From sequence record NC_031039.1: 64,000 nucleotides of DNA. One strand, written 5' to 3'. How positions within the stretch are numbered: position 1 is the first letter of the stretch; every line of letters begins with the position of its first letter. Of this stretch, positions 1 to 11,156 are shown in pieces. Made by a program: the position numbers and the translations under genes. The notes beneath the pieces were generated by a model. That model searched no databases. It worked only from the letters and a program-made list of their open reading frames with translations, and was not told the DNA's origin.

Positions 1-46
1 GATTATATTTTTTGATACGGTTAATAATATTATTAATTCATTTTTC

Positions 47-59
47 AATTATATATTAT
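47..59 (+). promoter_or_regulatory. Early-type phage promoter motif (AATTATATATTAT)
   Basis: Variant of AAATWTATATTAT motif seen 11 times upstream of SD sites in this window. Confidence 0.55.
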
Positions 60-98
60 AAAGATGTAAGTAAATTTCTAAATAGGAGGATAATTATA

Positions 99-302
99 AT
101 GTCAGAAAAACAGCCAGTAACTATTACTTTTACTGAATTTAGTGAAGAAGATTCAACAAAAACATTACTAGTGGGTGTAACAAGTGATGGAAAAAGAGAA
201 AGTGAGATTTTTAATAGTCTTATTTTTCCCACATTTAACAGAATGAGAGCTGAAAGGAAAATTATTAATAAATTAAAATTTAGAAGAAAGTTTATGCTAT
301 AA
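99..302 (+). CDS. Hypothetical protein (67 aa)
   Basis: AGGAGG SD at 84-89 favours ATG 99 (MSEKQP) over the ORF-track start at 12. Confidence 0.65.
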   Translation: MSEKQPVTITFTEFSEEDSTKTLLVGVTSDGKRESEIFNSLIFPTFNRMRAERKIINKLKFRRKFML

Positions 303-408
303 TATAAATATTAATTCTCATTAAAATAAAAGAAATCAACTAATAAATAATTAAGGGTAAAAGGAGAGATACTTTTATTAAAAGGAATTATGGAGAGGGG
401 AAAATCTC

Positions 409-1521
409 TTGAAGAATAATGAATTATATGGTTTAGTAATAGCAGATATTCACTTTGGGAAAAAAGATGATGTTAAATTATATGAGGAATTAAAGAAATA
501 TTTCATAAGTAAAATAGATAACGAAAAAGAAGATATTGATTACATCATTATATCTGGGGATTTATTTGATAGGATTCTTAGAATGAATGAAATAGGAAGT
601 ACTTTATGTATCAAATTTATTTTAGAATTAGTTGATTTATCATTAAAATATAATTTTAAATTAAGATTACTAAAAGGAACTAAGACACATGATTTCAACC
701 AATTAAGTAACTTTAAATACATTGAAGCTAAACATTATCCAAGATTCAGAATTATAGAAACAGTTGAAGAGGAAGAAATTTTTCCAGATACATTCTTCTT
801 GTATATGCCTGAAGAATACGTAGAGAACCAAGAAGAATACTATGATAAATATTTTAATCTAGAAGAAGATGCTAAATATGATATGATTTTCTTTCATGGT
901 ACATTTGACTTTGTAGGATTTATCCCAGACATTGAATCTGAAAGACATGTTAAAAATGCACCTGTTTATGATTCAGACAGAATTGCAGATTTAGTATATG
1001 GGAAAGCAATTGGTGGTCATATTCATACTCGTAATATTTACAAAAATAAAATTGAATATACTAGTTCATTTAGTAGATTCTGCTTTGGAGAAGAAAAACC
1101 AAAAGGATTTGTAGAGGTATTTTATAATCAAGAAACATTAGAGTGTAGAACCAAATTTATTGAGAATGAAGATGCTCCTACATACGTCACATTTAATATG
1201 GACGACATTAAGGGAGATAATTTAGAAGATAAATTAAAAATTATTGGGGAACTAAAGAAAGAGTATGACCATGTTAGAATCATAGCAAAAGACATTAATG
1301 ATGAAGATGTATCAGCCATGAAAAGTTTAGTAAGTCAGGATAGTGATGTTAAGCTTGATATTAAGAGAAAAGATATTGAAGATAAAGTTGACGAAGAATA
1401 TATGTTTATTATTAATAGAGAATATGATCTAACAACTACCACTCAAAAATATATTCAGTTAAAATATGGTATTAATCTCACTCTTGATACTATCAATAAA
1501 GCTATTATGGAGGAAAAATAA
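409..1521 (+). CDS. sbcD: SbcD/Mre11-like metallophosphoesterase nuclease
   Basis: Motifs ADIH, GDLFD, GTKTHD (jumbo-phage variant of GNHD), FHG, GHIH; TTG start. Confidence 0.85.
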   Translation: MKNNELYGLVIADIHFGKKDDVKLYEELKKYFISKIDNEKEDIDYIIISGDLFDRILRMNEIGSTLCIKFILELVDLSLKYNFKLRLLKGTKTHDFNQLSNFKYIEAKHYPRFRIIETVEEEEIFPDTFFLYMPEEYVENQEEYYDKYFNLEEDAKYDMIFFHGTFDFVGFIPDIESERHVKNAPVYDSDRIADLVYGKAIGGHIHTRNIYKNKIEYTSSFSRFCFGEEKPKGFVEVFYNQETLECRTKFIENEDAPTYVTFNMDDIKGDNLEDKLKIIGELKKEYDHVRIIAKDINDEDVSAMKSLVSQDSDVKLDIKRKDIEDKVDEEYMFIINREYDLTTTTQKYIQLKYGINLTLDTINKAIMEEK

Positions 1522-2000
1522 TGAAAAAATCTAAAATGAATAAACTGTTAAATGAAATTGAAAAAGAAGGATTATTGATTAAAGGTTTTCATAATGGGAT
1601 TCCAAATGATATTGTAGTAAAAAATAAGCATGCGGAAAAGGTAAAATCTAAACACTTTACAGAATACGATTATATTCTTGGTCATGTGCCTCATTCATTA
1701 GAACACATTGGAAATTTAGATTATGAGATTGTATTTATTGCTATTGAAAGCATTGCATTTAAATTAAACAGTGAGATGCAAAAAAGATTACATGACTATG
1801 CTTCTGAATTATTACTAAATAATGAAGAAATTGACGCTAAAGAATTTATTAAGAATGTTAAGAAGTGGAAAATTCCTAGTTATATTAAAACAGGTCTATT
1901 TAGTGAAATTGATAATTGGAAAAAGAGTATTATTGATGAACTTAGGAATATTGTAACGATTCTCCATAAAGAAAAAAATATGATAAGTGAGCAATTGTAA
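1521..2000 (+). CDS. Hypothetical protein
   Basis: 159-aa ORF coupled to sbcD stop, SD GGAGG. Confidence 0.7.
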   Translation: MKKSKMNKLLNEIEKEGLLIKGFHNGIPNDIVVKNKHAEKVKSKHFTEYDYILGHVPHSLEHIGNLDYEIVFIAIESIAFKLNSEMQKRLHDYASELLLNNEEIDAKEFIKNVKKWKIPSYIKTGLFSEIDNWKKSIIDELRNIVTILHKEKNMISEQL

Positions 2001-2550
2001 AATGAAGATAAATAATGATACAACTGTTTGTTTTACTGCTCATAGACCACATCTATTGTATGGGTATAATAAAAAAACCTCTGGTAATCAAAAGATTATC
2101 AGAGTTTTATATAATGAAATTGTTAGACATATTAAAGAATATGGAATAGATACCTTTATAACAGGAATGGCTCTAGGTGGGGATACTTGGGCGGCAGAGA
2201 TAGTTTTAAAACTTAAAAGTGAATATCCGAATATAAAACTAGTATGTGCAATTCCTTGTTTTCGTCAGGAAATAAAATGGAAAGAATATGATCGAATGTT
2301 TTATCATGCTATATTAGATAGAAGTGATTATGTTCACTATGTGTCTAAAAAGGAATATACTAAAAAATGTATGTGGAATAGAGATAAGTGGATGGTTAAT
2401 AATTCTAAATATGTAATAGCAGTATATAATGGCGAACCTTGGACTGGAACTGGACTTACATATAATTATGCTGTTAAAAAGAATAGAATTATTACTAGAA
2501 TTGATCCTTATAAACTAGGAGGTTTCTTTAATGGATACAAAAATTATTGA
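1987..2550 (+). CDS. SLOG/YspA (DUF1273)-like protein
   Basis: CFTAHRP, ITGMALGGDTWAAE, RDKWMVNNS, GTGLTYNYA motifs. Confidence 0.85.
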   Translation: MSNCKMKINNDTTVCFTAHRPHLLYGYNKKTSGNQKIIRVLYNEIVRHIKEYGIDTFITGMALGGDTWAAEIVLKLKSEYPNIKLVCAIPCFRQEIKWKEYDRMFYHAILDRSDYVHYVSKKEYTKKCMWNRDKWMVNNSKYVIAVYNGEPWTGTGLTYNYAVKKNRIITRIDPYKLGGFFNGYKNY

Positions 2551-3223
2551 TAAAATTAAAAAAGCGCTTGCATTAGCCAATGATGCTCCAAATGACGAAG
2601 AAGCACAAGCTGCAATGCTTGCAGTACAAAGATTAATGGTAAAACATAATATTTCCATGAAAGATGTAGAATTAAAAGATAATTCTGAGAAGAAAGTAGT
2701 ACAAGATGATAAAGTAATTGAACCTACAGGTAGAATTTCTTGGTGGAAAAAACAATTATCTGCTATTATAGCTAAGAATTTTAAGTGTGAAGCATTGATA
2801 TCAAAATATGCAAAAAATAAATCATCTATAACATTTCTAGGTTTAGAGGAAGATGTTATTATTGCTAAAAGTGTATTTCAATATGCAGAAAAAGTTATTG
2901 ATAAATTTGCTAAGAGTTATGTTGGAAAAGTATATAGGTCAGGTAAAAGTACTGTAGGTGTTAGAAATATATTTATCAATGGTTTCTTAGTAGGTTTAAA
3001 TGAAAAATTCGAAGAACAAAAGAATGAAAATAATTGGGGATTAGTTCTAGTAAAAGATTCTCTAGTAGTTCAAACACTTGAGAAGATGAATTTAAGGAAA
3101 CATTCAAGTTCTGGTATTAAACCTAAGTTTGCTAATGATAGCGAAGCATGGGAAGCTGGAAATAAAAAAGGTAAGAGTTTTGCAGATACACAAAAAAGAA
3201 AAGGAATTGAGAGTAATGAGTAA
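2531..3223 (+). CDS. DUF2786-family protein
   Basis: N-terminal KIIDKIKKALALA..NDEEAQAAMLAVQRLMVKHNI; FLGLEEDV and FINGF motifs. Confidence 0.8.
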   Translation: MDTKIIDKIKKALALANDAPNDEEAQAAMLAVQRLMVKHNISMKDVELKDNSEKKVVQDDKVIEPTGRISWWKKQLSAIIAKNFKCEALISKYAKNKSSITFLGLEEDVIIAKSVFQYAEKVIDKFAKSYVGKVYRSGKSTVGVRNIFINGFLVGLNEKFEEQKNENNWGLVLVKDSLVVQTLEKMNLRKHSSSGIKPKFANDSEAWEAGNKKGKSFADTQKRKGIESNE

Positions 3224-3485
3224 AGATGAAATACTTCAACTTGTAGCTAGAGATACATTAGATATCTATAAGGGTAATAATCCTAATTATGCTTTGAAGA
3301 TAGTTACTAAGAATGTCGTAACTCATATTCTATTAATTAATAAAGAAACAGCAGAAATATATAGAGAATTCTTAACGAATTCAGGAATGATCACATCACT
3401 TATTGATCTTAGTGAATATAATTGGGAAGATAATCCGAATAATTATACTATGAGTCAACCAATACAATTAAATAATTTAGGTTAA
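3216..3485 (+). CDS. Hypothetical protein
   Basis: ATG 3216 overlapping upstream stop; ORF track extends it to 3129. Confidence 0.6.
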   Translation: MSKDEILQLVARDTLDIYKGNNPNYALKIVTKNVVTHILLINKETAEIYREFLTNSGMITSLIDLSEYNWEDNPNNYTMSQPIQLNNLG

Positions 3486-3582
3486 TATTCCTATCAAATT
3501 TTATTATCAGAAATAAAAAAGAGAAAATAACAACAGATGAACATACAAGTGTATAACACCGAGCGTAGAGGAGAATGGTAGG

Positions 3583-5268
3583 ATGTATTTCAAGAAGAAA
3601 AGTGGTAAAAAGAAAGATATAGAAGTTGTTGAACTCCCTATTAATATAGAGATGTTTGATTCTATTATTCAATATACATTATCTGATAATCCATTAATTA
3701 CTAAGAAATCTCTTATCAATTTAAGAAAATTAATTAATTTTATTGATATCAGATCCTATAGTGAAGATTTTTCAAGAATGTTAAGAATAGAATTACTTAA
3801 GAAGATTTTAGAAGGGGAATTGGATCAAAATATTTATAGAGATGCACTTCTTAAAGAATATTGCATAAAAGAATTACCTCATTACTCAAAGGATTTACTT
3901 GAATTATTTGAGTCTGGTTATTTTGATGAACCTCTATCTAATGATGATATTACGTTTATTAATAAATTTGTAGAAGAAAATTTAACGTATATCCATCTAA
4001 GAAGACATTCACCTGACTTAGAAATGGCTTTACAGCAATTAAGAGCTAGTGATTCTAGTAATCTTCGGTCGATTAATAATACATTAGAGAGAATTGTTGG
4101 GGAATTAAATAAAGATATTAAATCTGCCAAGGCTGTTAATCAATATGCCGCAATGGATTTTAATATTAATGGAAATACTGCCGATTCAGTAGTAAGAGCA
4201 ACTATTGAAGAATATAAGAAACCAAATAACCATTTGAAATTAGGTATTAAAAATTTTAATAAGATGCTTGATGGTGGAGTTGAGAATGGTCGAGTTTATT
4301 TAATCTTTGGTCTGCCTAAAGGATTTAAGTCCGGGACTTTATTAAACATCGCAATATGGATTTGTAAATATAATAGAGAGATTGTTACAAAAGATAAAAC
4401 TAAAAAACCATGTGTTTTATATGTAACACAAGAAAATAGTATTCGAGAAACTCTTCAAAGAATATTTGTTCATAGCACTGGTAGTAATATTGAGAACTAT
4501 ACTGAAGAAGAAGCTCTACGAATTATTAGAGAAGAAGTGATCGGTGTAGACGAAAATGGTGAAGCACCTATTGATCTCTTTATTAAATACCGTCCTAATA
4601 AATCAATTAGTACTTCTGATTTAGATACTATGTGTGATGATTTAGAATTAGAAGGATATGAAGTAGTTTGTCTTATTCAAGATTATACTAAGCGTATTAG
4701 ATCATCAAGCTATAATCCTTCTGATCTTAGACTTGAACTCGGTTCGGTGGTTGATGATTTTACCGTTATTGCTAAGACTAGAAATATTCCTGTTATTTCA
4801 GCTGGACAATTGAATAGGGAAGCATATCGTATACTAGAAACTTCATTAGAAAAAGGTAAAAGTAATATTGGTAAGAATCTGAATGCATCACATATTGGGG
4901 AATCTGCTTTAATGCAGGAAAATACTGATTATGGCGTAATTGTTAATAAAGAGGAATTTGAAGGCGTTGAGTACCTTACATTTAAATTGATAGCATCTCG
5001 TGCTAAGAAACCATCAATAACTTATTTTGCACATCCATTTGAAAAAGGTAATGGATTACGATTAATGGATGATATTCATTTAGCAAAATCATTATCAGAA
5101 GATAAAATTGGTGGAGATAAATTTAAAGAGTTTAATCCTAATAAGGCAAGGGAAAATAAGGGATCATTCTTTAATAATAACAATAGTAATCAACCAGAAT
5201 TTCCTCCAGTAGATTTAAAAGTTGAAGCAAATAATGGTATTGAAAAAGATAGTGGAATTCCATTCTAA
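3583..5268 (+). CDS. dnaB: DnaB-like replicative helicase, jumbo-phage type
   Basis: GG..GRVYLIFGLPKGFKS (atypical Walker A), YVTQEN, LIQDY (Walker B), ISAGQLNR, IGES motifs. Confidence 0.85.
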   Translation: MYFKKKSGKKKDIEVVELPINIEMFDSIIQYTLSDNPLITKKSLINLRKLINFIDIRSYSEDFSRMLRIELLKKILEGELDQNIYRDALLKEYCIKELPHYSKDLLELFESGYFDEPLSNDDITFINKFVEENLTYIHLRRHSPDLEMALQQLRASDSSNLRSINNTLERIVGELNKDIKSAKAVNQYAAMDFNINGNTADSVVRATIEEYKKPNNHLKLGIKNFNKMLDGGVENGRVYLIFGLPKGFKSGTLLNIAIWICKYNREIVTKDKTKKPCVLYVTQENSIRETLQRIFVHSTGSNIENYTEEEALRIIREEVIGVDENGEAPIDLFIKYRPNKSISTSDLDTMCDDLELEGYEVVCLIQDYTKRIRSSSYNPSDLRLELGSVVDDFTVIAKTRNIPVISAGQLNREAYRILETSLEKGKSNIGKNLNASHIGESALMQENTDYGVIVNKEEFEGVEYLTFKLIASRAKKPSITYFAHPFEKGNGLRLMDDIHLAKSLSEDKIGGDKFKEFNPNKARENKGSFFNNNNSNQPEFPPVDLKVEANNGIEKDSGIPF

Positions 5269-5278
5269 AGGAGAAAAT

Positions 5279-5521
5279 ATGTCACTACTGCCTAAAATAT
5301 TTCTTAAAATATCTATTCTTATACCTCTTTTAACTTCATCAATAGTAAGTACTGAAACTGTGTTAACTAAGTATTTTCCCAATTTGAGTATTAATACTCA
5401 AATTGGGATATTTATAATTAACGTTATATTATCTATGACTGTAAATATTTTAATATTAGAAGAATATGTTAAAAGAAGATTACAGGAGGAAATTAAAAAT
5501 GAATCAGAGAAAAAGAGATAA
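5279..5521 (+). CDS. Small membrane protein
   Basis: Two hydrophobic stretches; SD AAGGAG before ATG 5279. Confidence 0.6.
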   Translation: MSLLPKIFLKISILIPLLTSSIVSTETVLTKYFPNLSINTQIGIFIINVILSMTVNILILEEYVKRRLQEEIKNESEKKR

Positions 5522-5990
5522 AATCCTTGATGATATTAAAGAACTAGTAACAGATGAAAAAATTTTACAAGAAGAAAATGAGACTCTAAGAGATCTAAAA
5601 ACTTTTTCTCAATTTCATAGTGAAATGATGAGTCGTTTTCATAGTGAATATATTGATTTAGATAAACCTCATAGAAAGCATGAGAATGTTATAGATTTTA
5701 TTGAAGAATTTACTAATGATTATTTTAAATATCCATATGAAAGACCAATTATGCCAGAAAAAATATATGTAGAAGTTTTAGAAGATATTTTTGATTATGA
5801 TGATGAAATAGCATTTAAAAAAGGAGAGAAATATACAGCATGGGCTAATACAACTAGTAGGCAATATATACTTAAAGTAGATGACATTCAAATGCCTATA
5901 GGTGAATATGCCTCTGATCAAGAAGTTATTATATATTATAAAGATAAATTGAAGTTAGATGGTATTTCACAAAATGGATTTGCATTTTAA
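5499..5990 (+). CDS. Hypothetical protein
   Basis: AGGAGG SD before ATG 5499 (MNQRKR). Confidence 0.7.
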   Translation: MNQRKRDKILDDIKELVTDEKILQEENETLRDLKTFSQFHSEMMSRFHSEYIDLDKPHRKHENVIDFIEEFTNDYFKYPYERPIMPEKIYVEVLEDIFDYDDEIAFKKGEKYTAWANTTSRQYILKVDDIQMPIGEYASDQEVIIYYKDKLKLDGISQNGFAF

Positions 5991-5991
5991 C

Positions 5992-6036
5992 AAAATAACC
6001 ATAGACATATTTATGTCTATGGTTATTTTTTTTTTT
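5992..6036. terminator. Bidirectional intrinsic terminator
   Basis: 17-bp perfect stem AAAATAACCATAGACAT/ATGTCTATGGTTATTTT between convergent genes. Confidence 0.9.
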
Positions 6037-8582
6037 CAATAAGAAATTTCAATATCTGTATATTCAACATCTGATTGATCAAAGATACTGAATCCAAAAC
6101 TACCTTCCAATAGTGGAGAATCAGTATCAGTAAAATCTACAATTGGATATCCACCAACTCTGTCATAAACTCTAATTCTATTATGGTACATCATAATAAA
6201 AATACAATTATTTTCATCACTTAGATAAGTCTGTTCAGTAGTTGATAATAATTTTCCTCTTACTTTATGCAAGCCATCTGACGAAATATCTATCTCAGAA
6301 TATTTAGGAGAGATTTTATATAAACCAGATAACATAGGATAAACTATTCCTTTGTCTATATTTTTTCTTCTTATAGTATATAGATAATATTCATCCTCAC
6401 CTTGCATTCTAAAGATTACTCCTAAATTTCCTTGATGATATTTACTTCCTTTTACCATAACTTTTAAACGATAATCAGATAAACCTCTATCATCACCAGT
6501 AAAATAATAATTATTTAGACCTGAAGAGTAATCATTTAAAATAACACTATTAGTTGTTCCTTTCCAATCAGTGGAAGAAGGAATTAAAATAGATCCTTTA
6601 TTATCTACTAACCCCCAGTCTGGATTATTATATTTATCTGGTAATGATTTTATATTAAAGAATGCTTTTCCATTTCCATTAAAATGTTTATATACAACTA
6701 ATAAATCTACAATCTCTTCCTTAGTAGCAATAATATCTTTAGTATAAATATCATCAATACCAGATGATTTCTCAAGAATTAGTTCATCGTTCATATAAAT
6801 TTGTATAACATCATCTCTATTTCCCTGAATCATATATTTAGTATTTGGAACTAATTTTAATTTAGAATATTGTCTAATTGTATAATTTATTCCTTGTGGG
6901 ATGAAACCATTAATTGGATTTATATCATCATAAGAAAAATTATTATCATTTAAATATTCTTGAGTAAAAATAAACTCTTCATTAATGTCATAAAAAACAT
7001 TTAAAATGGTATTCTTTTGTTCATTTTTACTTAAATTGCCATCAGGAGAAAATGCAAATGAAGATTCATTAATATTTTTATATTGTGTATCATTTGAGCC
7101 TTTAAATAATAATTGTAGATAAGATGACGGTTGCTCAATCATGTCATATTGAAGTTTAAATTTATGCCATCTATTTCCTGATAACTTAATCTTTGCTGAA
7201 TCATATAAAACAGGTTGGACTTTTAGTTGAGAAATATTCACTTCACCATTCAATAGTTCATTATACATTGGTTTTCTCTCAACTGGAAAATCAATAGTGA
7301 TATTTTTAAGAGTCTTACCTTTAATAAATGTAACAATTATAACAGAGTCTGTAAAATTAGCATTATTATTAAAATAGGCATACTCTTTATTATTTTCAAA
7401 TACAATTTTAGTATTATCCGTATATTCAACTGTTACTGATGCGCCTGAAAATAATAAGTTTCCATTATCAATTGATTTATAAGTTGTTGTAATAGCTAGA
7501 TCTCTATATGTCTTAATTAATGAAACATCAAGATTAACTTTAGCAATATTAGAACCCTTTTCTTGTTTTTCATATACTTTTTTTAGAATATTTTTACCTT
7601 CATTGTCCTTGATTAACTCTCCATCCAATACATCCCAACCATCAGTACTACCAGTTTTGAAATCTGAATTTTTTGTTTGTGTTTCAAAAATATTCTCATT
7701 AATTGTAAAATTTTCACCAAGAGTATTGATTACTTGTTTATCATCAATATTTAATTTACAGTTACCCATTACAATGGGTTTAAACTCATATTCATCTTCA
7801 TTATCAATAAAAATATAACCTTCAAAGAGTTGTCGATAATTTTTTCCAAAACTTATAGGAAAACCTGTATCACAATTATCGTCCAATCTTAATTTATTAG
7901 ACACAATTGTATTGGTTAACATTGCATATTTACCAGTATTATCTGTTATCTTATAGATTTTCTTTAATAATTTACCTCTCATAATTGGAGAATATATATC
8001 TTTAAAATTATTAACAAAGTCTGTAATAGTAGTAAGTTTCTTTGGTTTTTCAGGTGGATTTAATGGGCTAATCTTTTTATCATATCGACTTGATAAAATT
8101 CTTTTACTTGGTTGATTTAAATCTCTGACAGTCTCTCGTTCCAATACTGTTGGATTAGACATATTATTTATTGAATTTTTTTCTTTTTCAATAATATCAT
8201 TAAACACACTTAAATAAGATGGATCAAATATAATAATATTATTTTTATTAAATTCATCAGGACGAGTCATATTATTAATAAATAACAATAAGTACCATAG
8301 ATCAGTTGTTTCATACAATAAATAGCTTATATATTCCGGTCTATAAAAGTATTTATCTTCAATAGTATATGTCATATAATACTGCTTGAAAATATGTTCA
8401 TATTTTCTTAAAAAATTCATTCCAAATTTAATCTTATTATCAAATACATAATAACTGCTGATGTTATCAAGGGTAATTTTATTACCCTTGGAATGTGTAA
8501 TAGAAGTTCTCATGTCGGCGGCAGAACTACTGTTTATTGAATTATCATCCATTAGAATTAGTAAGTCATTATCTACTATCAT
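6036..8582 (-). CDS. Baseplate wedge (T4 gp53-like N-terminus) fused to PA14-like and lectin-like domains
   Basis: YFYRPEYISYLLYETTDLWYLLLFINNM gp53-like motif; two PA14-like segments (FEGYIFID..YEF..; RDDVIQIYMND); C-terminal GNLGVIFRMQ..YYLY..GSFGF lectin-like segment. Confidence 0.65.
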   Translation of the reverse strand: MIVDNDLLILMDDNSINSSSAADMRTSITHSKGNKITLDNISSYYVFDNKIKFGMNFLRKYEHIFKQYYMTYTIEDKYFYRPEYISYLLYETTDLWYLLLFINNMTRPDEFNKNNIIIFDPSYLSVFNDIIEKEKNSINNMSNPTVLERETVRDLNQPSKRILSSRYDKKISPLNPPEKPKKLTTITDFVNNFKDIYSPIMRGKLLKKIYKITDNTGKYAMLTNTIVSNKLRLDDNCDTGFPISFGKNYRQLFEGYIFIDNEDEYEFKPIVMGNCKLNIDDKQVINTLGENFTINENIFETQTKNSDFKTGSTDGWDVLDGELIKDNEGKNILKKVYEKQEKGSNIAKVNLDVSLIKTYRDLAITTTYKSIDNGNLLFSGASVTVEYTDNTKIVFENNKEYAYFNNNANFTDSVIIVTFIKGKTLKNITIDFPVERKPMYNELLNGEVNISQLKVQPVLYDSAKIKLSGNRWHKFKLQYDMIEQPSSYLQLLFKGSNDTQYKNINESSFAFSPDGNLSKNEQKNTILNVFYDINEEFIFTQEYLNDNNFSYDDINPINGFIPQGINYTIRQYSKLKLVPNTKYMIQGNRDDVIQIYMNDELILEKSSGIDDIYTKDIIATKEEIVDLLVVYKHFNGNGKAFFNIKSLPDKYNNPDWGLVDNKGSILIPSSTDWKGTTNSVILNDYSSGLNNYYFTGDDRGLSDYRLKVMVKGSKYHQGNLGVIFRMQGEDEYYLYTIRRKNIDKGIVYPMLSGLYKISPKYSEIDISSDGLHKVRGKLLSTTEQTYLSDENNCIFIMMYHNRIRVYDRVGGYPIVDFTDTDSPLLEGSFGFSIFDQSDVEYTDIEISY

Positions 8583-8593
8583 TAATTACACCT

Positions 8594-9166
8594 CTATTTC
8601 TTTTTGTATTTATCAATATTGCTTTTAATTGTTTGAAAGTCAAAATATTTTGCTTTCACATACTTATATTCAAGTGTTGAATATTTTAAGTTTTCTTCCC
8701 ATGATTCTTCAAGACAATCATCTATATATTTTACTCTAGTAAAATCTAACTCATAAGTCCTTAGAAGAGGTGTAATGACTTTATCACATAGATGTTCAGC
8801 TAGTCTATTTTCAATAGTATTGACTGAAAAATCATCCCCAATAACAATCAATATACTATTTAAATACTTATACTCAATAACTCCTGCTGATACTAAATCC
8901 TCAATAAAATAACTAGGTTGAAAATCTGCAATTCCTTTAAATACTGCATAATCTCTATCTAAATATTCTTCAAAATAATGGCAAGGCAATGCTGGTTTCT
9001 TTAAGTCATCAATAAAATATTTTTGCCAAATTCCCCAAGTATACTTATTAGTACTTTGGATTACAGAGGGATCAATATAAACTTTTTCCATTAAATTTCT
9101 TGCATGAGTTATAATAATATATTCAGTCTTACGTCTAAATCTCCTATAGTTACGAATAATATACAC
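8594..9166 (-). CDS. N-acetylmuramoyl-L-alanine amidase-like fold protein, possibly degenerate
   Basis: YIIITHA and LPCHYF motifs, SILIVIGDDF; in baseplate operon. Confidence 0.45.
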   Translation of the reverse strand: MYIIRNYRRFRRKTEYIIITHARNLMEKVYIDPSVIQSTNKYTWGIWQKYFIDDLKKPALPCHYFEEYLDRDYAVFKGIADFQPSYFIEDLVSAGVIEYKYLNSILIVIGDDFSVNTIENRLAEHLCDKVITPLLRTYELDFTRVKYIDDCLEESWEENLKYSTLEYKYVKAKYFDFQTIKSNIDKYKKK

Positions 9167-9181
9167 TTAAATATCCTCCTA

Positions 9182-11137
9182 TCAAGCAATCGTTCCTGTA
9201 GAATCTCTCCAATTTTTTCCATCATACCATAATGGTTTCTTTAGATTCTTATCATAAATCTGCATACCTATAAATAGATTTTTTGTTGGGCGATTACTTG
9301 TATCATATGAATCATTATTTCTTCCTGAAATTATTAATTTAATTCCATTAACATCTGTGTAAAATAATTTTCTTGTCTGTAAATTAATGAGAAATTTACC
9401 TGCTCCAAAATCTTTTATTGTGCTTCTACTAGTTTGTATGATCCATTTATAATTCACAAATTTCCAAACATCATTATTTCTAATATCATAAATAAGATTA
9501 TTATTAACTGCAAAATATAAATCACTAAATGTTGTTTCATTTTGGGAATAACATGAGAATCCATATTGTTGTGCACCTATAAATTTTTTAAGAATATCCA
9601 ATGATGTTAACTCAATTTCTAAAATAGATTCCTCAAGTAGAGTTTTACTATTAAATAAAGATGTTAATGCCTGAATTTTATTTCCTTCACGTCTAATACT
9701 TATTTTAGTACCATTCGGTATATCTTTCCATGCTCCAGTAGTATCATTGATATTTTTAAAGGCAAGTACCTTTTCATCTGATCTTCCATAATTATAAACT
9801 AATGCCCATTGATAATTTACTCCATTAACTTGGACATGTCCTTGGTCGTTGTTTCTTACTCTTATTGCTGATATTGTATACTCTCTTCCACTAGAATCAG
9901 TTGTAAATGCAGCAATTAAACCAATAGTATCATCATCTCCATTAGTTGATGAGAGTACTGCTTCATGAACAAAGTTATCATATTTTTCATGACTAACAAA
10001 ACCTATATATGTGCTAGAATTTACAGTACATTTAATACTATCACTAGAGTCATTATAACTCCATTTAGTGATTTCATCAGTAGACGCTGGCTGATCCTCT
10101 GATTTCTTAGAATGAGAAAATCTTTGCCATTCATTGTATATTTCTTTAAAAGTAACTTCCTTTCCTTTAGCATCAATTAATTCTTGATCATTTTCAATAA
10201 AATTTCCTTCATGTAATGTATAATCCAAGGTAACATCACTAGAGTTGTTAGATGAAATAAAATAAGATTGACCTTCTTTTCCAATAGGCTTATTTTCTAA
10301 ATCATCCCAAGTTCTAGGATCGCCCTTTTCTCCTTTTTCACCTCGTTCGCCTTGCTCACCCTTCTCCCCTTGTTCACCTTTCTCTCCGGGAATTCCGTCC
10401 ATTCCTGCTGGTCCTGGTTCTCCTCTTGGACCGGGATCACCCCTCTCACCTTTTTCACCACTTTTTCCTTGCTCTCCTTTTTCACCTCGTTCGCCTTGTT
10501 CACCTTTCTCTCCTGTTTCTCCCTTCTCACCTTTCTCCCCCTGTTCTCCTTTTTCACCTCGTTCGCCTTGTTTACCATCTTTTCCTTTCATATCAATTTC
10601 CTCTCCATCCTTAAGAAAAGTTATACCTTCAGGACAGATTCTAATTTGATATGAATCGTTAGTAATATAGAAGCATTTATTGCTCTTATTATATATGAGA
10701 GAAAATTCATCAATAATATTTAAAATATTAAATTTATTGCTTTCTTCTCTGAGAGATTTAGTGAATTTATTATCACTGATATCCCCATAAATATTATAGT
10801 TAAGATAGTATGCTCTTTGAGGATCACCATCTAAAAATACAACAACAACATGTTCTCCTTTTTCTGGTATTATAAGTTGCTGATTTTTAATTAATGGCTT
10901 ACATACAATCCCATTAATAGTTTTAACAGATGTTTTTGTTATATCATTTCCAATTATATTTGTATTCTTTATATTCTCATTTGCAATTAATATATTATCT
11001 TTTTCATTTATACTTATAAATAGTTTAGGTATATATACAATAATTGAGTTATCGTCATTACTTTCCATAACGATTCCATCAAAAACTCCTTCAAAATTTG
11101 CATTTGTTAATAAGTTATTCTCAAATACATCTAGCAT
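9182..11137 (-). CDS. Baseplate hub/spike-like protein (gp5-type OB fold) with collagen stalk and lectin-like tip
   Basis: [33 protein letters not shown]-fold motif; 30 Gly-X-Y triplets; [11 protein letters not shown] lectin-like domain; C-terminal [20 protein letters not shown] motif. Confidence 0.7.
   Translation of the reverse strand: MLDVFENNLLTNANFEGVFDGIVMESNDDNSIIVYIPKLFISINEKDNILIANENIKNTNIIGNDITKTSVKTINGIVCKPLIKNQQLIIPEKGEHVVVVFLDGDPQRAYYLNYNIYGDISDNKFTKSLREESNKFNILNIIDEFSLIYNKSNKCFYITNDSYQIRICPEGITFLKDGEEIDMKGKDGKQGERGEKGEQGEKGEKGETGEKGEQGERGEKGEQGKSGEKGERGDPGPRGEPGPAGMDGIPGEKGEQGEKGEQGERGEKGEKGDPRTWDDLENKPIGKEGQSYFISSNNSSDVTLDYTLHEGNFIENDQELIDAKGKEVTFKEIYNEWQRFSHSKKSEDQPASTDEITKWSYNDSSDSIKCTVNSSTYIGFVSHEKYDNFVHEAVLSSTNGDDDTIGLIAAFTTDSSGREYTISAIRVRNNDQGHVQVNGVNYQWALVYNYGRSDEKVLAFKNINDTTGAWKDIPNGTKISIRREGNKIQALTSLFNSKTLLEESILEIELTSLDILKKFIGAQQYGFSCYSQNETTFSDLYFAVNNNLIYDIRNNDVWKFVNYKWIIQTSRSTIKDFGAGKFLINLQTRKLFYTDVNGIKLIISGRNNDSYDTSNRPTKNLFIGMQIYDKNLKKPLWYDGKNWRDSTGTIA
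10316..10585 (-). repeat. Collagen-like coding repeat, 30 Gly-X-Y triplets (GEK/GEQ/GER)
   Basis: Counted from translation; DNA unit TTTTCACCTCGTTCGCCTTG recurs three times. Confidence 0.95.
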
Positions 11138-11156
11138 TATTAAATTCCTCCTTCTC

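Noticed and set aside
10297-10654. ORFs 10297-10578(-), 10352-10654(+) and 10426-10614(+)
   Set aside because: Alternative-frame shadows of the collagen repeat.
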